This document shows, in pieces, positions 26,849-36,347 of a DNA stretch of 64,000 bases. The stretch comes from an uncultured Candidatus Saccharibacteria bacterium (lineage in GTDB: Bacteria > Patescibacteriota > Minisyncoccia > Ryanbacterales > HO2-45-13). Both the position numbers and the translations under genes were made by a program. Numbering within the stretch: position 1 is the first letter of the stretch; each line of letters opens with the position of its first letter. The notes under the pieces were generated by a model. That model saw nothing but the letters and a program-made list of their open reading frames with translations, did not search any database and was not told the DNA's origin. The stretch lies in assembly GCA_964354975.1 (NCBI GenBank), contig CAYHBS010000003.1, positions 4,086-68,085 on the forward strand. Reading direction: 5' to 3'.

Positions 26849-27925
26849 TTAGATCTGCTCTCCCGCCCCGACAACATCGGCGGACGCGTCCCCCGTGTAC
26901 TGCGCCCACGATTGCTCGATAACACGTAGTACATCGAGTCCGCTTTGGAGCGATAACGTATTGTTTAACGCCCCTTCCAATACCCGATCGATATACAGCA
27001 TCTCACGAAAAAAATCATCTGGTCGCGTTTTCGGGAATACACGCTCGGACATTTCGCCCGAACTCATTGCAATACGGACCACATCTCCCGTTGGATGCCC
27101 ACCGCACTGCCACTCAATCACTCCGCGGTCTCCCGTAACACGAGCGATCTTCTTGGTCGGCAGGGTCACCACATCTTGCACCACGCGACCCGTGGCCCCG
27201 GACCCCAGCCGAAACTGGAGCAAAGCGACGCGGTCGAATTCTGCCTCACCTTCGCGTTGCACATCAAGCATAGACTGGACACTCGTCCACTTTCCAAGAC
27301 CAGCCGCGAGGCAAAGATGACGGAAGAGATGCAAGGCGTGAGAATGTTCCGAGAGCGCTCCTCCGCCTTTGCGCCAGTATCCGAGATAGGAATCTTCCGG
27401 CCCGGATAGCCATGGATGCGCTGCAAATATCCCTTTCCAGTGCTCCCTGAACTCAACATCAATGGTAATAATCTCGCCAATCAACTGCTTGAAGAGTTGT
27501 TCAGTCACGAACTGAATCGACTCCGACACAGCGTGATCATACCCAACGACAACCTGCGTTTTCGGATATGACTTTAGTGCGCTGAGAAACGCAGGGAGCA
27601 CCGCGTTATTCGGGCTGGTGAAAGGCTTTTCGAGCTGGAGCACCTTTGGCCGCTCTGCAAGCGCCTCAACTGCGAGTGTCATGCGGATTTCTGGCGGCGT
27701 ACAGATGCAAATGACGTCGAATCCTCCTTTCGGTTCCGTACCGCTCTCATAGAGCGAAATACGATCGTCCCACTTTCCATACCGCTGGGGATAGATTTCA
27801 TGCTGCATACGACGCAACGCATCACGTGACACGTCAACAACGACCACATCCCACGACATGCGCCGTGCTGCCTGCGCAAGATGGTTGCCGATTGATCCCG
27901 CGCCGATGATTTTTACTCTTGTCAT
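26849..27925 (-). CDS. Gfo/Idh/MocA-family NAD(P)-dependent sugar oxidoreductase
   Basis: MTRVKIIGAGSIGNH Rossmann start (GGAGG precedes ATG 27925) and the C-terminal alpha/beta domain. Confidence 0.7.
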   Translation of the reverse strand: MTRVKIIGAGSIGNHLAQAARRMSWDVVVVDVSRDALRRMQHEIYPQRYGKWDDRISLYESGTEPKGGFDVICICTPPEIRMTLAVEALAERPKVLQLEKPFTSPNNAVLPAFLSALKSYPKTQVVVGYDHAVSESIQFVTEQLFKQLIGEIITIDVEFREHWKGIFAAHPWLSGPEDSYLGYWRKGGGALSEHSHALHLFRHLCLAAGLGKWTSVQSMLDVQREGEAEFDRVALLQFRLGSGATGRVVQDVVTLPTKKIARVTGDRGVIEWQCGGHPTGDVVRIAMSSGEMSERVFPKTRPDDFFREMLYIDRVLEGALNNTLSLQSGLDVLRVIEQSWAQYTGDASADVVGAGEQI

Positions 27926-27956
27926 TTTACTGACCTCCAAAGAATTCGTTTGGATT

Positions 27957-28700
27957 TTATACTGAAAATATCTTTTCGTCAAGATTTTTAGGAGTAAGTC
28001 CCTGTTCGGTCACCAGACGCTCTGCACGCTGAAAATCATTTTCTGTATCAATATTGATAGATTCTTCGGCGGTCATCGCGTATCCAAGTATACGTTTCCC
28101 CGTCATAGAACGCTGCTGCAGAATCGTTTCTGTCCAAAAGGCGTTCATGCAGCCATTATTTTGATAGATAGACGGAAGCGCTTGCCGAGGCATATTAAAT
28201 GGATCGGCAATATGTTCGGGATTTTCGGAAAACAGTGGTATAAGCATATCACTTTCCATTCTCCACATTTTATATGGATGTTTTTCAACGACAGTAACGG
28301 CACGCACTGAATCTGCTCTTTCCTTCCCTGCGCGATCAAGTAGCTCAATACCCTCACTGATGCGACGCGCACCGCGAAATGGAGAGGTTGCTCGGAGATC
28401 AACAATCATATCCGGCATGTCCGATACATAAGCACACAAATAGTCAGTGAACACCTCAAGATCAGTTGTGAGATCTGCCCCAAGGTGCGGTGCACGACGA
28501 TAGACTTTTGCGCCAAAAGAACTTGCAACATTCGCAATTTCTTCATCATCCGTATTCACTACAATATCACAAATTGCAGGCACACGGCGTGCGGCAAGAA
28601 TCGTCCATGCAATGAGGGGCACGGATCCGAGCGTGCGAATATTCTTTCGAGGCACTCCCTTTGAACCGCCCCGGGCAGGAATCACCGCGATAGCCTTCAT
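27957..28700 (-). CDS. acylneuraminate cytidylyltransferase family (CMP-NulO synthetase), copy 2
   Basis: MKAIAVIPARGGSKGVPRKNI. Confidence 0.8.
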   Translation of the reverse strand: MKAIAVIPARGGSKGVPRKNIRTLGSVPLIAWTILAARRVPAICDIVVNTDDEEIANVASSFGAKVYRRAPHLGADLTTDLEVFTDYLCAYVSDMPDMIVDLRATSPFRGARRISEGIELLDRAGKERADSVRAVTVVEKHPYKMWRMESDMLIPLFSENPEHIADPFNMPRQALPSIYQNNGCMNAFWTETILQQRSMTGKRILGYAMTAEESINIDTENDFQRAERLVTEQGLTPKNLDEKIFSV

Positions 28701-30256
28701 GCAATCACCTCGTCGGCGTCATCAAACTGGTGACGCCCCCAATTCATCAATTTTGTTTTACGATCTTCCCGAGGAATATTTGCAATGCGACGATCAATAT
28801 AAAATGAGTCCCCTTGTGTTTCCATGGCGGTGGTGGAAACCTCTTCCACGATGACTCCCGTTTCCGTCCAGAAAGAATGCCACACACCACGAGGCACCCA
28901 TAATGTATCCCCTGGAGTCAGTAAGCGTGTCTTTCCCTCAATCTCCGCAATGAGCTCCCCAGAAAGAACGTGGAATGTTTCGTCTTTTGCCTTATGATAG
29001 TGCGTTGGGTTCATCTGACCTGGAAACTGAATGATGAGTTTCTTTGCGTACTCACGGTTAATACAATCAATAATCATACATCCAGTAGTATGAAATTGTC
29101 CGAGCCCATAGTGGTGTGAAAGTTCAACTTTAAAATCATGGCTAAGTGGAATTTTTGCTTCGTTGAGCATGCCCTTTGCAATATGAATTGCGGAATAGAC
29201 CACATCCTTCTTTGTTCGGTGTTTCGGTGCAACCACGGCACTGATTGCGGTATCTTTTTTATAGTCTCTGTCAGCAATAAGTCCTTTCTTAAATGATCCG
29301 CTGGTGAGCTGCCCCGGTTGTAGCGGCATCGCAAAATATACTTGGGAGCGATCAATCACTGAACCAGCCAAAATATCCTCGGAAACAAATACTCCGCGCA
29401 TCAATGAATCAAGATCTGCACGCTCCACATCGGCAATCATTCGCTCCTTATTCTCTCCGATTGCCGCAACTGCTTCCTGATATGCCTGTAACCATTTTTT
29501 CACCTGTTTTGGCGTCGCGGAATATGCATTTAATTTAATAGTATCAGTGGCAACACCTACGTGCTTTTCAAAAATTCTGGCTCCACGCGCATAGGCAAGT
29601 CCGATTGCAGTAGTATTATTCGGATCTTCATGCGTTGAAAATCCAATAATAATATGCGGGTATCTCGCTTTTAATTTCGCGATATGATCTAAATGCAACG
29701 CATCAATAGGCGTTGGATACTGCGCAACACAATGCATTAGTGCAAAATTGATTCCGCGATGTTCGAAGAAGCTAACAATCTTATCAACGTCGTGAAGTAA
29801 CAATCCACCAGTGGAAACAATAACTGGCTTTCCAGTAGAAGCGATTTCCTCCAGCAGTGGCCAATCGTGCGCGGAGCAACTTGCCACCTTTATAATATCT
29901 ACCCCAAGATCAACTGCGACTTTGACAGAGCGCTCATCAAAGGGGGTCGCCATAGCCAGTAGACCAAGCTTTTTTGCTGTATTCAGTAATTCTTTAAACT
30001 GCTCGGTGGTGAGACGTGTATCCAAAAAACGAGGAATGTGCTTAATATCCTTCCGATTCGTGTAGCTGGGGTGAATAAACGTATCAAGGTCTCGAAGCTG
30101 AATCTTGATTGCCCCACGCACATGCATTTCTTTGGCAACCGTCGCAATCTCCTGGATTATGCGTGCTCCATGCTCCATGCTCCCTTGGTGATTATTCGCC
30201 ATTTCAAACGTAAAAAGCTCTTTGAAATCAAATTTGTTGGGTACTTGTGCGAGCAT
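28697..30256 (-). CDS. NeuB-family nonulosonic acid synthase fused to a C-terminal cupin domain, copy 3
   Basis: N-terminal ~300 aa form the NeuB TIM barrel plus SAF domain. The C-terminal ~150 aa carry canonical cupin motifs: NPTHYHKAKDETFHVLSGEL (G-x5-HxH-x3-E) and PGDTLWVPRGVWHSF (PxG-x2-H). Confidence 0.7.
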   Translation of the reverse strand: MLAQVPNKFDFKELFTFEMANNHQGSMEHGARIIQEIATVAKEMHVRGAIKIQLRDLDTFIHPSYTNRKDIKHIPRFLDTRLTTEQFKELLNTAKKLGLLAMATPFDERSVKVAVDLGVDIIKVASCSAHDWPLLEEIASTGKPVIVSTGGLLLHDVDKIVSFFEHRGINFALMHCVAQYPTPIDALHLDHIAKLKARYPHIIIGFSTHEDPNNTTAIGLAYARGARIFEKHVGVATDTIKLNAYSATPKQVKKWLQAYQEAVAAIGENKERMIADVERADLDSLMRGVFVSEDILAGSVIDRSQVYFAMPLQPGQLTSGSFKKGLIADRDYKKDTAISAVVAPKHRTKKDVVYSAIHIAKGMLNEAKIPLSHDFKVELSHHYGLGQFHTTGCMIIDCINREYAKKLIIQFPGQMNPTHYHKAKDETFHVLSGELIAEIEGKTRLLTPGDTLWVPRGVWHSFWTETGVIVEEVSTTAMETQGDSFYIDRRIANIPREDRKTKLMNWGRHQFDDADEVIA

Positions 30257-30299
30257 ATAGTAGGCGCAAATTAGCAGTTTTTTTGATAAAAGTCAATTA

Positions 30300-31730
30300 T
30301 CATTTCATGAGATATTTCCCCAATAAAGGAAGGGAGCGAACTGCGGCACGGGCGTACGTGCGATCCGTTTCATTAAAGCGAAATAACGATGAAAATGGAA
30401 ACCGCTGAATAAATCCTGTGCGCACCAAATAGTAATACTTAGATATAACGACAAATCCATAGGCAAAAGTTTCTGCAATTGCAAGTCCCGAAAGCCCCAT
30501 GATTGGAACTAACCCTAGCATCGCTCCTGCACGGACCGTCTGCTCTACCAGTGATTGGGCTGCGATAAATCGCTGGCGTCGCTCTGCTACAAGAAATATA
30601 TTTGTTAATTTGGTAAATGCAAAAAGAAACACCGTAGGAAGAAGCAAATAAAATAGCGTGATGGAGTCCGTCAGATGCGGAAACAAGATGTGCACTGCGA
30701 TCGGATACCCCACCGCCCCACCACATATCAATACGATACTCAACACTACGTAGTATTTTGTTCCGAAAACAAAAATGCGATTCATACGATCTCGATCCCC
30801 TACCACGCGGGGAATCAACGCATTCAATGTCCTAGTGGGAATAACATCCTTCAAAAGTGATGTTGCCATACTTGCGACGCTGTAGATACCCACTGATGCT
30901 GTATTCAAAAATGCACGAATAATCCACGGGCGGATATTCCCGAGCATATTCCGAATTGAAGTTTCGATGATCTGCCAACCACCATATTGTTTAATGAGTC
31001 TATATAATTGTCCTCGAGGGGCAGCCGTGAAGTTCGCCCACGCTCGCGTCGTACGCAGCGCTGGCCCGAGAATTGTGAGTACCGCAATCGTCATGCCAAC
31101 AAGTTGTCCGAGCAAGAGTTGTGTAATGGTGAGTTGATCTTTGAAAAAGAAATAACCCACAAAACACACTTCACCAAATTTTTGGAGTGATGGTCGCATG
31201 GCGAGCACTTTAAACTGCAATGATGCGGAGAGTAATTGATTCAACATGCCAAGCACCCCTTGTAACACAAATATAAGTGACAATATGCGTGCCCAAAGAA
31301 AAAACTCACTCCCATATGAAGGAAGTACCTGTGGCAGCAGCATCCACACTGCCACTGCCGGAATAAGCACAAACATCATTCTAAACAATGCGTGCTCCCA
31401 GAATAATCTTTTTGCACGCGCGTGGTTACCCTCTCCAATGGCACGAGTGATTTCATTTGCAGTAATAGACGCGAAGAGATCGTGACAAATATCAGACGCG
31501 ATGGTGAACCCAGAAAGTAAGAGCTGATACAATCCCAGTTGATACAAATCGAGTGTGCGCAGGACAAAAAATGAGCCGACGAGCCCAACTCCCTTTTTGA
31601 TAAAACTCCAAAGGCCAAGATGAAATTCGCCGCCAATAAAAGTATTGAGTGAAGGCGTATTCACTTCTTCTACTGCAATGCGTTGATACACCAACACGTG
31701 TGGCGACACATCAGAATCGGGATGCATCAT
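30300..31730 (-). CDS. Wzx-type polysaccharide flippase (MOP/PST superfamily)
   Basis: 476 aa with ~12-14 TM helices and PST-like organisation. Confidence 0.65.
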   Translation of the reverse strand: MMHPDSDVSPHVLVYQRIAVEEVNTPSLNTFIGGEFHLGLWSFIKKGVGLVGSFFVLRTLDLYQLGLYQLLLSGFTIASDICHDLFASITANEITRAIGEGNHARAKRLFWEHALFRMMFVLIPAVAVWMLLPQVLPSYGSEFFLWARILSLIFVLQGVLGMLNQLLSASLQFKVLAMRPSLQKFGEVCFVGYFFFKDQLTITQLLLGQLVGMTIAVLTILGPALRTTRAWANFTAAPRGQLYRLIKQYGGWQIIETSIRNMLGNIRPWIIRAFLNTASVGIYSVASMATSLLKDVIPTRTLNALIPRVVGDRDRMNRIFVFGTKYYVVLSIVLICGGAVGYPIAVHILFPHLTDSITLFYLLLPTVFLFAFTKLTNIFLVAERRQRFIAAQSLVEQTVRAGAMLGLVPIMGLSGLAIAETFAYGFVVISKYYYLVRTGFIQRFPFSSLFRFNETDRTYARAAVRSLPLLGKYLMK

Positions 31731-31744
31731 ACAAGTGTTGCGGA

Positions 31745-32539
31745 TTATGCACTATGCGTAAAGCGATAGAGTGCAATTGCGCCAGAATGGGCGTGATCGA
31801 CCTCCAGCGGAAGTGCGCGGTCACGTAACCAATGCAGCAAGCGATCGATGTGCGTAGCATCGATCTGGAGTCCAGAATCTTTTGCAACGCCAGGAAGCCT
31901 TCGCGCAAGATCATCAAGTAATTTCCCTCCATGCGCCCACTCATGATCAAAGGTGCTCCAGTCTAATTTCATCTGAAGTTCCTGGGCGAAAAATTCAAAA
32001 TCCTTTGGAGTAAAATAATAAATATCCGCAAGCGTGATTCTCGCGTCCATCAGTAAATACAGCGTCATCAGTATATACCCCCTGGGATTGGACCAATTGG
32101 GACACGTGATAATCATCACACCGTTGGGAGCAAGGAGTGACTTGAGATGTCGTAGTACCGCGAGTGGAGTATCCATATGTTCTATCGTGCCCATGGAGAC
32201 AATCACGTCGTACGTACCCGTAACGCGCGTCACTTCACCGCATTCGTACTGCAGTCCTGGGACGTGATATTTTGATTGTGCAATTGCGACGGCTTCAGGG
32301 GCGTAATCAAGACCCATGGCAGTTGATGCTCCGTGCTGCATCGCAAGAAATGCAAATTCTCCGGTTCCACATCCAACGTCGAGAACCCGCTTACCCTTCC
32401 AATCAAGCTCCGCGAGCACCGCCATTTTATCGACGGCATGTTTTCCTTTTGAGAGGAGTAATTTTGTGTAGTGATCATCTTCTCCTTTGCGGTACACCGC
32501 ATCGTAGAATGCCTTCAAATCGTCGTTTTTCATTGACAT
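31745..32539 (-). CDS. class I SAM-dependent methyltransferase
   Basis: VLDVGCGTGEF motif I and a downstream acidic motif II. The start is placed at MSMKN. Confidence 0.7.
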   Translation of the reverse strand: MSMKNDDLKAFYDAVYRKGEDDHYTKLLLSKGKHAVDKMAVLAELDWKGKRVLDVGCGTGEFAFLAMQHGASTAMGLDYAPEAVAIAQSKYHVPGLQYECGEVTRVTGTYDVIVSMGTIEHMDTPLAVLRHLKSLLAPNGVMIITCPNWSNPRGYILMTLYLLMDARITLADIYYFTPKDFEFFAQELQMKLDWSTFDHEWAHGGKLLDDLARRLPGVAKDSGLQIDATHIDRLLHWLRDRALPLEVDHAHSGAIALYRFTHSA

Positions 32540-32605
32540 ATTACCAATAATAATCGAATGCGCAGGCATTCTCAAGCACTAACGCTTTTGACGTGCCCGA
32601 AGTTA

Positions 32606-32642
32606 TTTGTGAATATCAGTCACGAAGACCGTCATTCACAAA
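32606..32642. promoter_or_regulatory. 9-bp perfect inverted repeat TTTGTGAAT-N19-ATTCACAAA in promoter region of MTase-wzx operon
   Basis: Read directly; it lies 31-67 nt upstream of the methyltransferase ATG. Confidence 0.3.
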
Positions 32643-32717
32643 CAATATATTTTGCGCTAGTTCCCATTGGTCACCACAATCAATGCTGATTTATATACAC
32701 ATCTACACGCCGCGCGA

Positions 32718-32766
32718 AGAACAACAAAATAATACAACAACGCTCGTCGTATTTTCGACGTTGTTA
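32718..32766 (-). terminator. probable terminator after the 2-hydroxyacid dehydrogenase gene
   Basis: Imperfect hairpin (AACAACG..CGTCG/CGACG..CGTTGTT) overlapping the stop, then a T-rich tract on the minus strand. Confidence 0.4.
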
Positions 32767-33750
32767 CAAACCAGATGTTCGTGAATTGTGTTTACGTTTA
32801 AAAAACTGCAGCACTATCGATGAAATGTAGCGTTGCGTACGCGCGGTTGCCTCAACGGTGGCTCCACCGAGATGAGGAAGTATGATGAGATTCTCGTGGG
32901 TCCGCGCGTATTCTACAAGATCGTTGTGTTGTAAGTGCGTCCCCAGTGGATCCTCCCCTGTCAGAGTATCAATGCCCGCACCCGCGATGCGTCGTGAGCG
33001 CAATGCGGCAAGCAATGCGCGTTCGTCAGTGAGCTCACCCCTCGCAGTATTAATGAAGAATGCACTCTGCTTCATTAACGCAAAATGTTTTTGTTGCAAC
33101 ATACCAATGTTCGCGTCATTAAACGTCGCGTGTAGAGATACAATATCAGATTTACGAAGCACCGTTTCTAGCGACACTTTGGTTGCGTGGTCGGCCCGGA
33201 TACGAGAACTTGCAATCTTTGGATCATATGCGATCACACGCATACCAAACGCACGTCCGTACTGCGCAACCATACGCCCAAGTCGGCCATACCCAATGAT
33301 ACCGAGTGTTTTTCCCTTTAGTTCAATCCCGGCGTACTTGCGTCGATCCCATACTCCCTGCTTTATTTGATCGAATGCCCAAGGAATGTTTCTTGTGAGC
33401 GAAAGAATGAGTGCAAAGGCCTCTTCTGCGGTAGATGTTGTTTGTTGTAATACTGCAGAATCGGGCTTAATGTGTAACACTGTAATTCCGTTTGTCGAAC
33501 AGTACGTCAAATCAATGTAGCGTAATTGGGTGGTACGCGACCCTATCACGCGAAGACGTGTGGCCTTTTTGAGTAGCGTTGCATCACATCGCACATCGAT
33601 GCCAGTAATCAGCGCATCAGCACTTCGTAAGGCGCGAAGAAATGTTGCGCCTGAAGTCGCCACCGTGACATTCGCCTTCTTTCGCAACAGCGCTCGCGCT
33701 GTTGCATCAAACTGATTTTCCGCAACAAGAATGTTTATCTGTTTTTGCAT
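32764..33750 (-). CDS. D-isomer-specific 2-hydroxyacid dehydrogenase family (PGDH/glycerate-DH-like)
   Basis: GKTLGIIGYGRLG NAD-binding motif and the catalytic-domain organisation. Confidence 0.7.
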   Translation of the reverse strand: MQKQINILVAENQFDATARALLRKKANVTVATSGATFLRALRSADALITGIDVRCDATLLKKATRLRVIGSRTTQLRYIDLTYCSTNGITVLHIKPDSAVLQQTTSTAEEAFALILSLTRNIPWAFDQIKQGVWDRRKYAGIELKGKTLGIIGYGRLGRMVAQYGRAFGMRVIAYDPKIASSRIRADHATKVSLETVLRKSDIVSLHATFNDANIGMLQQKHFALMKQSAFFINTARGELTDERALLAALRSRRIAGAGIDTLTGEDPLGTHLQHNDLVEYARTHENLIILPHLGGATVEATARTQRYISSIVLQFFKRKHNSRTSGL

Positions 33751-34436
33751 AGCTGCGAAGCAATGGAGAGATCATCCGGATCATTAATATCGTATGCGCT
33801 GATCACATCAATAGGAACACCCACTCGCTTCCCGACCTCTAGTTTCCGCTCGCTCAACAGCGGGCCGCTGCGCACCCAATAGAGATTCCCAAATGCCCAG
33901 TATGGTGTATCGGACTGCCTTGTGGGGTGCGCATAGTGGTCACGCTCAGACACAAATGTAAGGATACCAGACTCATCCATTGCGCGAATATGAAACGGGT
34001 GAAAAATACGCGGCACGGGTACGATGGTTATGCCAGAATCCGCCTGCTCACGAAGCATGCGTTCGTACACTGCATCGATTTGTGCCGATGTGACAAATGG
34101 AGACGTTGGTTGCACAACCACAACATACTCCGGCATGTCATTTTCGTGATCTCTCATCCATTCCACAGCATGCACAATTGGATCAACACCGGGTGTAGCA
34201 TCCGTTGAAAGTTCTGTTGGGCGCATAAACGGCACTTCTACTCCAAGCGACGCAGCAACCTGCGCAATTTCCGCATCATCGGTAGAAACGATAATGCGCT
34301 CTACAGATGATGCGCCCTTGAGTGCGCGAATGACATGTCCAACGAGAGGCACCCCGCAGAGCGGAACAATATTTTTTTTAGGTATCGATTTTGAGCCCCC
34401 TCGTGCGGGAATAATTGCGACGGTACGCGTGGCCAT
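33735..34436 (-). CDS. acylneuraminate cytidylyltransferase family (CMP-NulO synthetase), copy 3
   Basis: MATRTVAIIPARGGSKSIPKKNI. ATG 34436 lies 1 nt from the upstream stop. Confidence 0.8.
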   Translation of the reverse strand: MATRTVAIIPARGGSKSIPKKNIVPLCGVPLVGHVIRALKGASSVERIIVSTDDAEIAQVAASLGVEVPFMRPTELSTDATPGVDPIVHAVEWMRDHENDMPEYVVVVQPTSPFVTSAQIDAVYERMLREQADSGITIVPVPRIFHPFHIRAMDESGILTFVSERDHYAHPTRQSDTPYWAFGNLYWVRSGPLLSERKLEVGKRVGVPIDVISAYDINDPDDLSIASQLCKNR

Positions 34437-34437
34437 T

Positions 34438-35598
34438 TTAGTACGTAATACGTTTCTCAAGTAATGCGTGATTGAGTGCAACATGCTTCAGTACTTTGAC
34501 AATTTTTTCCGCCGCCCTTCCGTTGCCGTACACTTTTCCACACCGCTTGAGTGATATGCGAAATTCCTGATCGCGTAATGCAACAAGTAGTGCGTTAAAA
34601 ATTTCCTTTACCGTTGTCCCGGGGGTATCGATCACATTGAAATCTCTTAGTCTCCCTTGCTGTCGTTTTCCAATATTTACAGCGGGCAAACGAAACAACG
34701 GCGCCTCAATAATTCCAGAACTCGAATTGCCAATCAGCGCGCGCGCTTCGCTCATGAGACCCAGAAAATCTGGAGCATCAATATTTTTGTGCACCTGGAA
34801 TTGCGGTTCATGGCTATACATTTGTATCGCACGCACAACTCCTTCATACCCCTGATCGGAGCATGGATACACAATAATCGCACGAGTCCCCATTTCTTTT
34901 ACTGCTTTGAGTGTGCGCCTCATTTGCTCGAACGAAAGTTTTGGTTCCGTATTGACAGAGTGTTGTAATACAATGATGAATTCTTCTTTCGTGCCGAGTT
35001 GATATTTCTTTCGTGCTTCTGCCTCTTTTGTAAACATACGTGCCTTAATCAAATCGAGATGTGTATCACCAACAATATGAATACGCTTCTCCTCTTCACC
35101 CATGCGCAGGATTCTTCGCCCACTGTCATCGGTGGAAGGAAAATGAATGTGGGACATCTTCGTAATGGCGTGACGAAACACTTCGTCGAGGTTACCAGAT
35201 ACATCACCGCCCTGAATGTGAGCAACGGGGATTCCTAAATTATTTGCCGCAATAACCCCAGCAAGCACCTCTCCGCGATCGCCCAAACAAAGAAAAATAT
35301 CTGGACGCAAGCGCTTGAGCACCCGAGAGATTTCAGACAGCCCCTTCCCCAGCGCCACACTTCGCTCAACAGAGCTTCCATCTTTTTGGCCAAGATCGAT
35401 TTTTCCCTTCACGGGAAATAATTTTTCAACTTCAAGCAGCGTTTTTCCAAACTTGTCACTTAAATGCATATCCGTCACGACAAGTTGCAACTCTAACAAT
35501 GGATCTTTCTGAATAAGCTGCATGGTACGCATGAGGGCGCCAAAACCTCCGCGCTTTCCGGAAAGTACACAAATTTTTCTTTTCCGATGAGCAATCAT
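34438..35598 (-). CDS. UDP-N-acetylglucosamine 2-epimerase, hydrolysing (NeuC/LegG type), copy 2
   Basis: VAHIQGGDVSGNLDEVFRHAITKMSHIHFP. Confidence 0.8.
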   Translation of the reverse strand: MIAHRKRKICVLSGKRGGFGALMRTMQLIQKDPLLELQLVVTDMHLSDKFGKTLLEVEKLFPVKGKIDLGQKDGSSVERSVALGKGLSEISRVLKRLRPDIFLCLGDRGEVLAGVIAANNLGIPVAHIQGGDVSGNLDEVFRHAITKMSHIHFPSTDDSGRRILRMGEEEKRIHIVGDTHLDLIKARMFTKEAEARKKYQLGTKEEFIIVLQHSVNTEPKLSFEQMRRTLKAVKEMGTRAIIVYPCSDQGYEGVVRAIQMYSHEPQFQVHKNIDAPDFLGLMSEARALIGNSSSGIIEAPLFRLPAVNIGKRQQGRLRDFNVIDTPGTTVKEIFNALLVALRDQEFRISLKRCGKVYGNGRAAEKIVKVLKHVALNHALLEKRITY

Positions 35599-36347
35599 AA
35601 CGCCGGGCGAGCAACAAACTCGTAAATTACATTAACTCCAAATATTGCACGCATGCGCTCTCGGTATTTCCATGGAGTCTCGCAAAGCAGTCTTTTAATT
35701 CGTCCAAACCGGCTGCGATAAATTTTCTCATCAATAAAATATCTCTTGCTCTTAAGTTCGAATTTTGCCTGCAGTGCCTTTTTGAGCAACGTTTCCGTAA
35801 CAATCGTAATGTGATTATTCGTCGCTGAATAGCGATCTAACTCAGCGGTAAACAACATTTTTTTTCTGGCGCGCATAGAGCCGAGGTACGGAGCAGATAC
35901 AATAAAGGTTCCACTAGGCTTAATAATGCGAACTATTTCTCTTAAAAAATGAAATGGATTTTCTAAATGAGGAATAATACACCAAGCGGTAATAACATCG
36001 AAGGTGTGGTCATTCCATGTACTCTGCTCATGAGAAAAATCGAACGCACAGAATTTCTCTGTATGTTGATGCGCCTTTACTGTATCGCTGCGGTAATCAT
36101 CAATATCGCATGCGCAGATATGTCGAAATCCCAAATCCCACAGCGCATCAATAAAACTACCGTCAGCCGTGCCACAATCTAAAATTACGGCACCAGACCG
36201 CTGAGAAACGGGAATAAGCGCATCAACTGCAGGTGCGGCAAATTCATGCGAATGCCCATCATAAGAACGTAACGCCTCCACTACTACATCTTTTGCGTGA
36301 CCACGCAATTCCGATGCATTATAATATTCAATCTGTTTTTTATTCAT
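35595..36347 (-). CDS. class I SAM-dependent methyltransferase
   Basis: ILDCGTADGSF motif I; Methyltransf_11-like. Confidence 0.65.
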   Translation of the reverse strand: MNKKQIEYYNASELRGHAKDVVVEALRSYDGHSHEFAAPAVDALIPVSQRSGAVILDCGTADGSFIDALWDLGFRHICACDIDDYRSDTVKAHQHTEKFCAFDFSHEQSTWNDHTFDVITAWCIIPHLENPFHFLREIVRIIKPSGTFIVSAPYLGSMRARKKMLFTAELDRYSATNNHITIVTETLLKKALQAKFELKSKRYFIDEKIYRSRFGRIKRLLCETPWKYRERMRAIFGVNVIYEFVARPAL

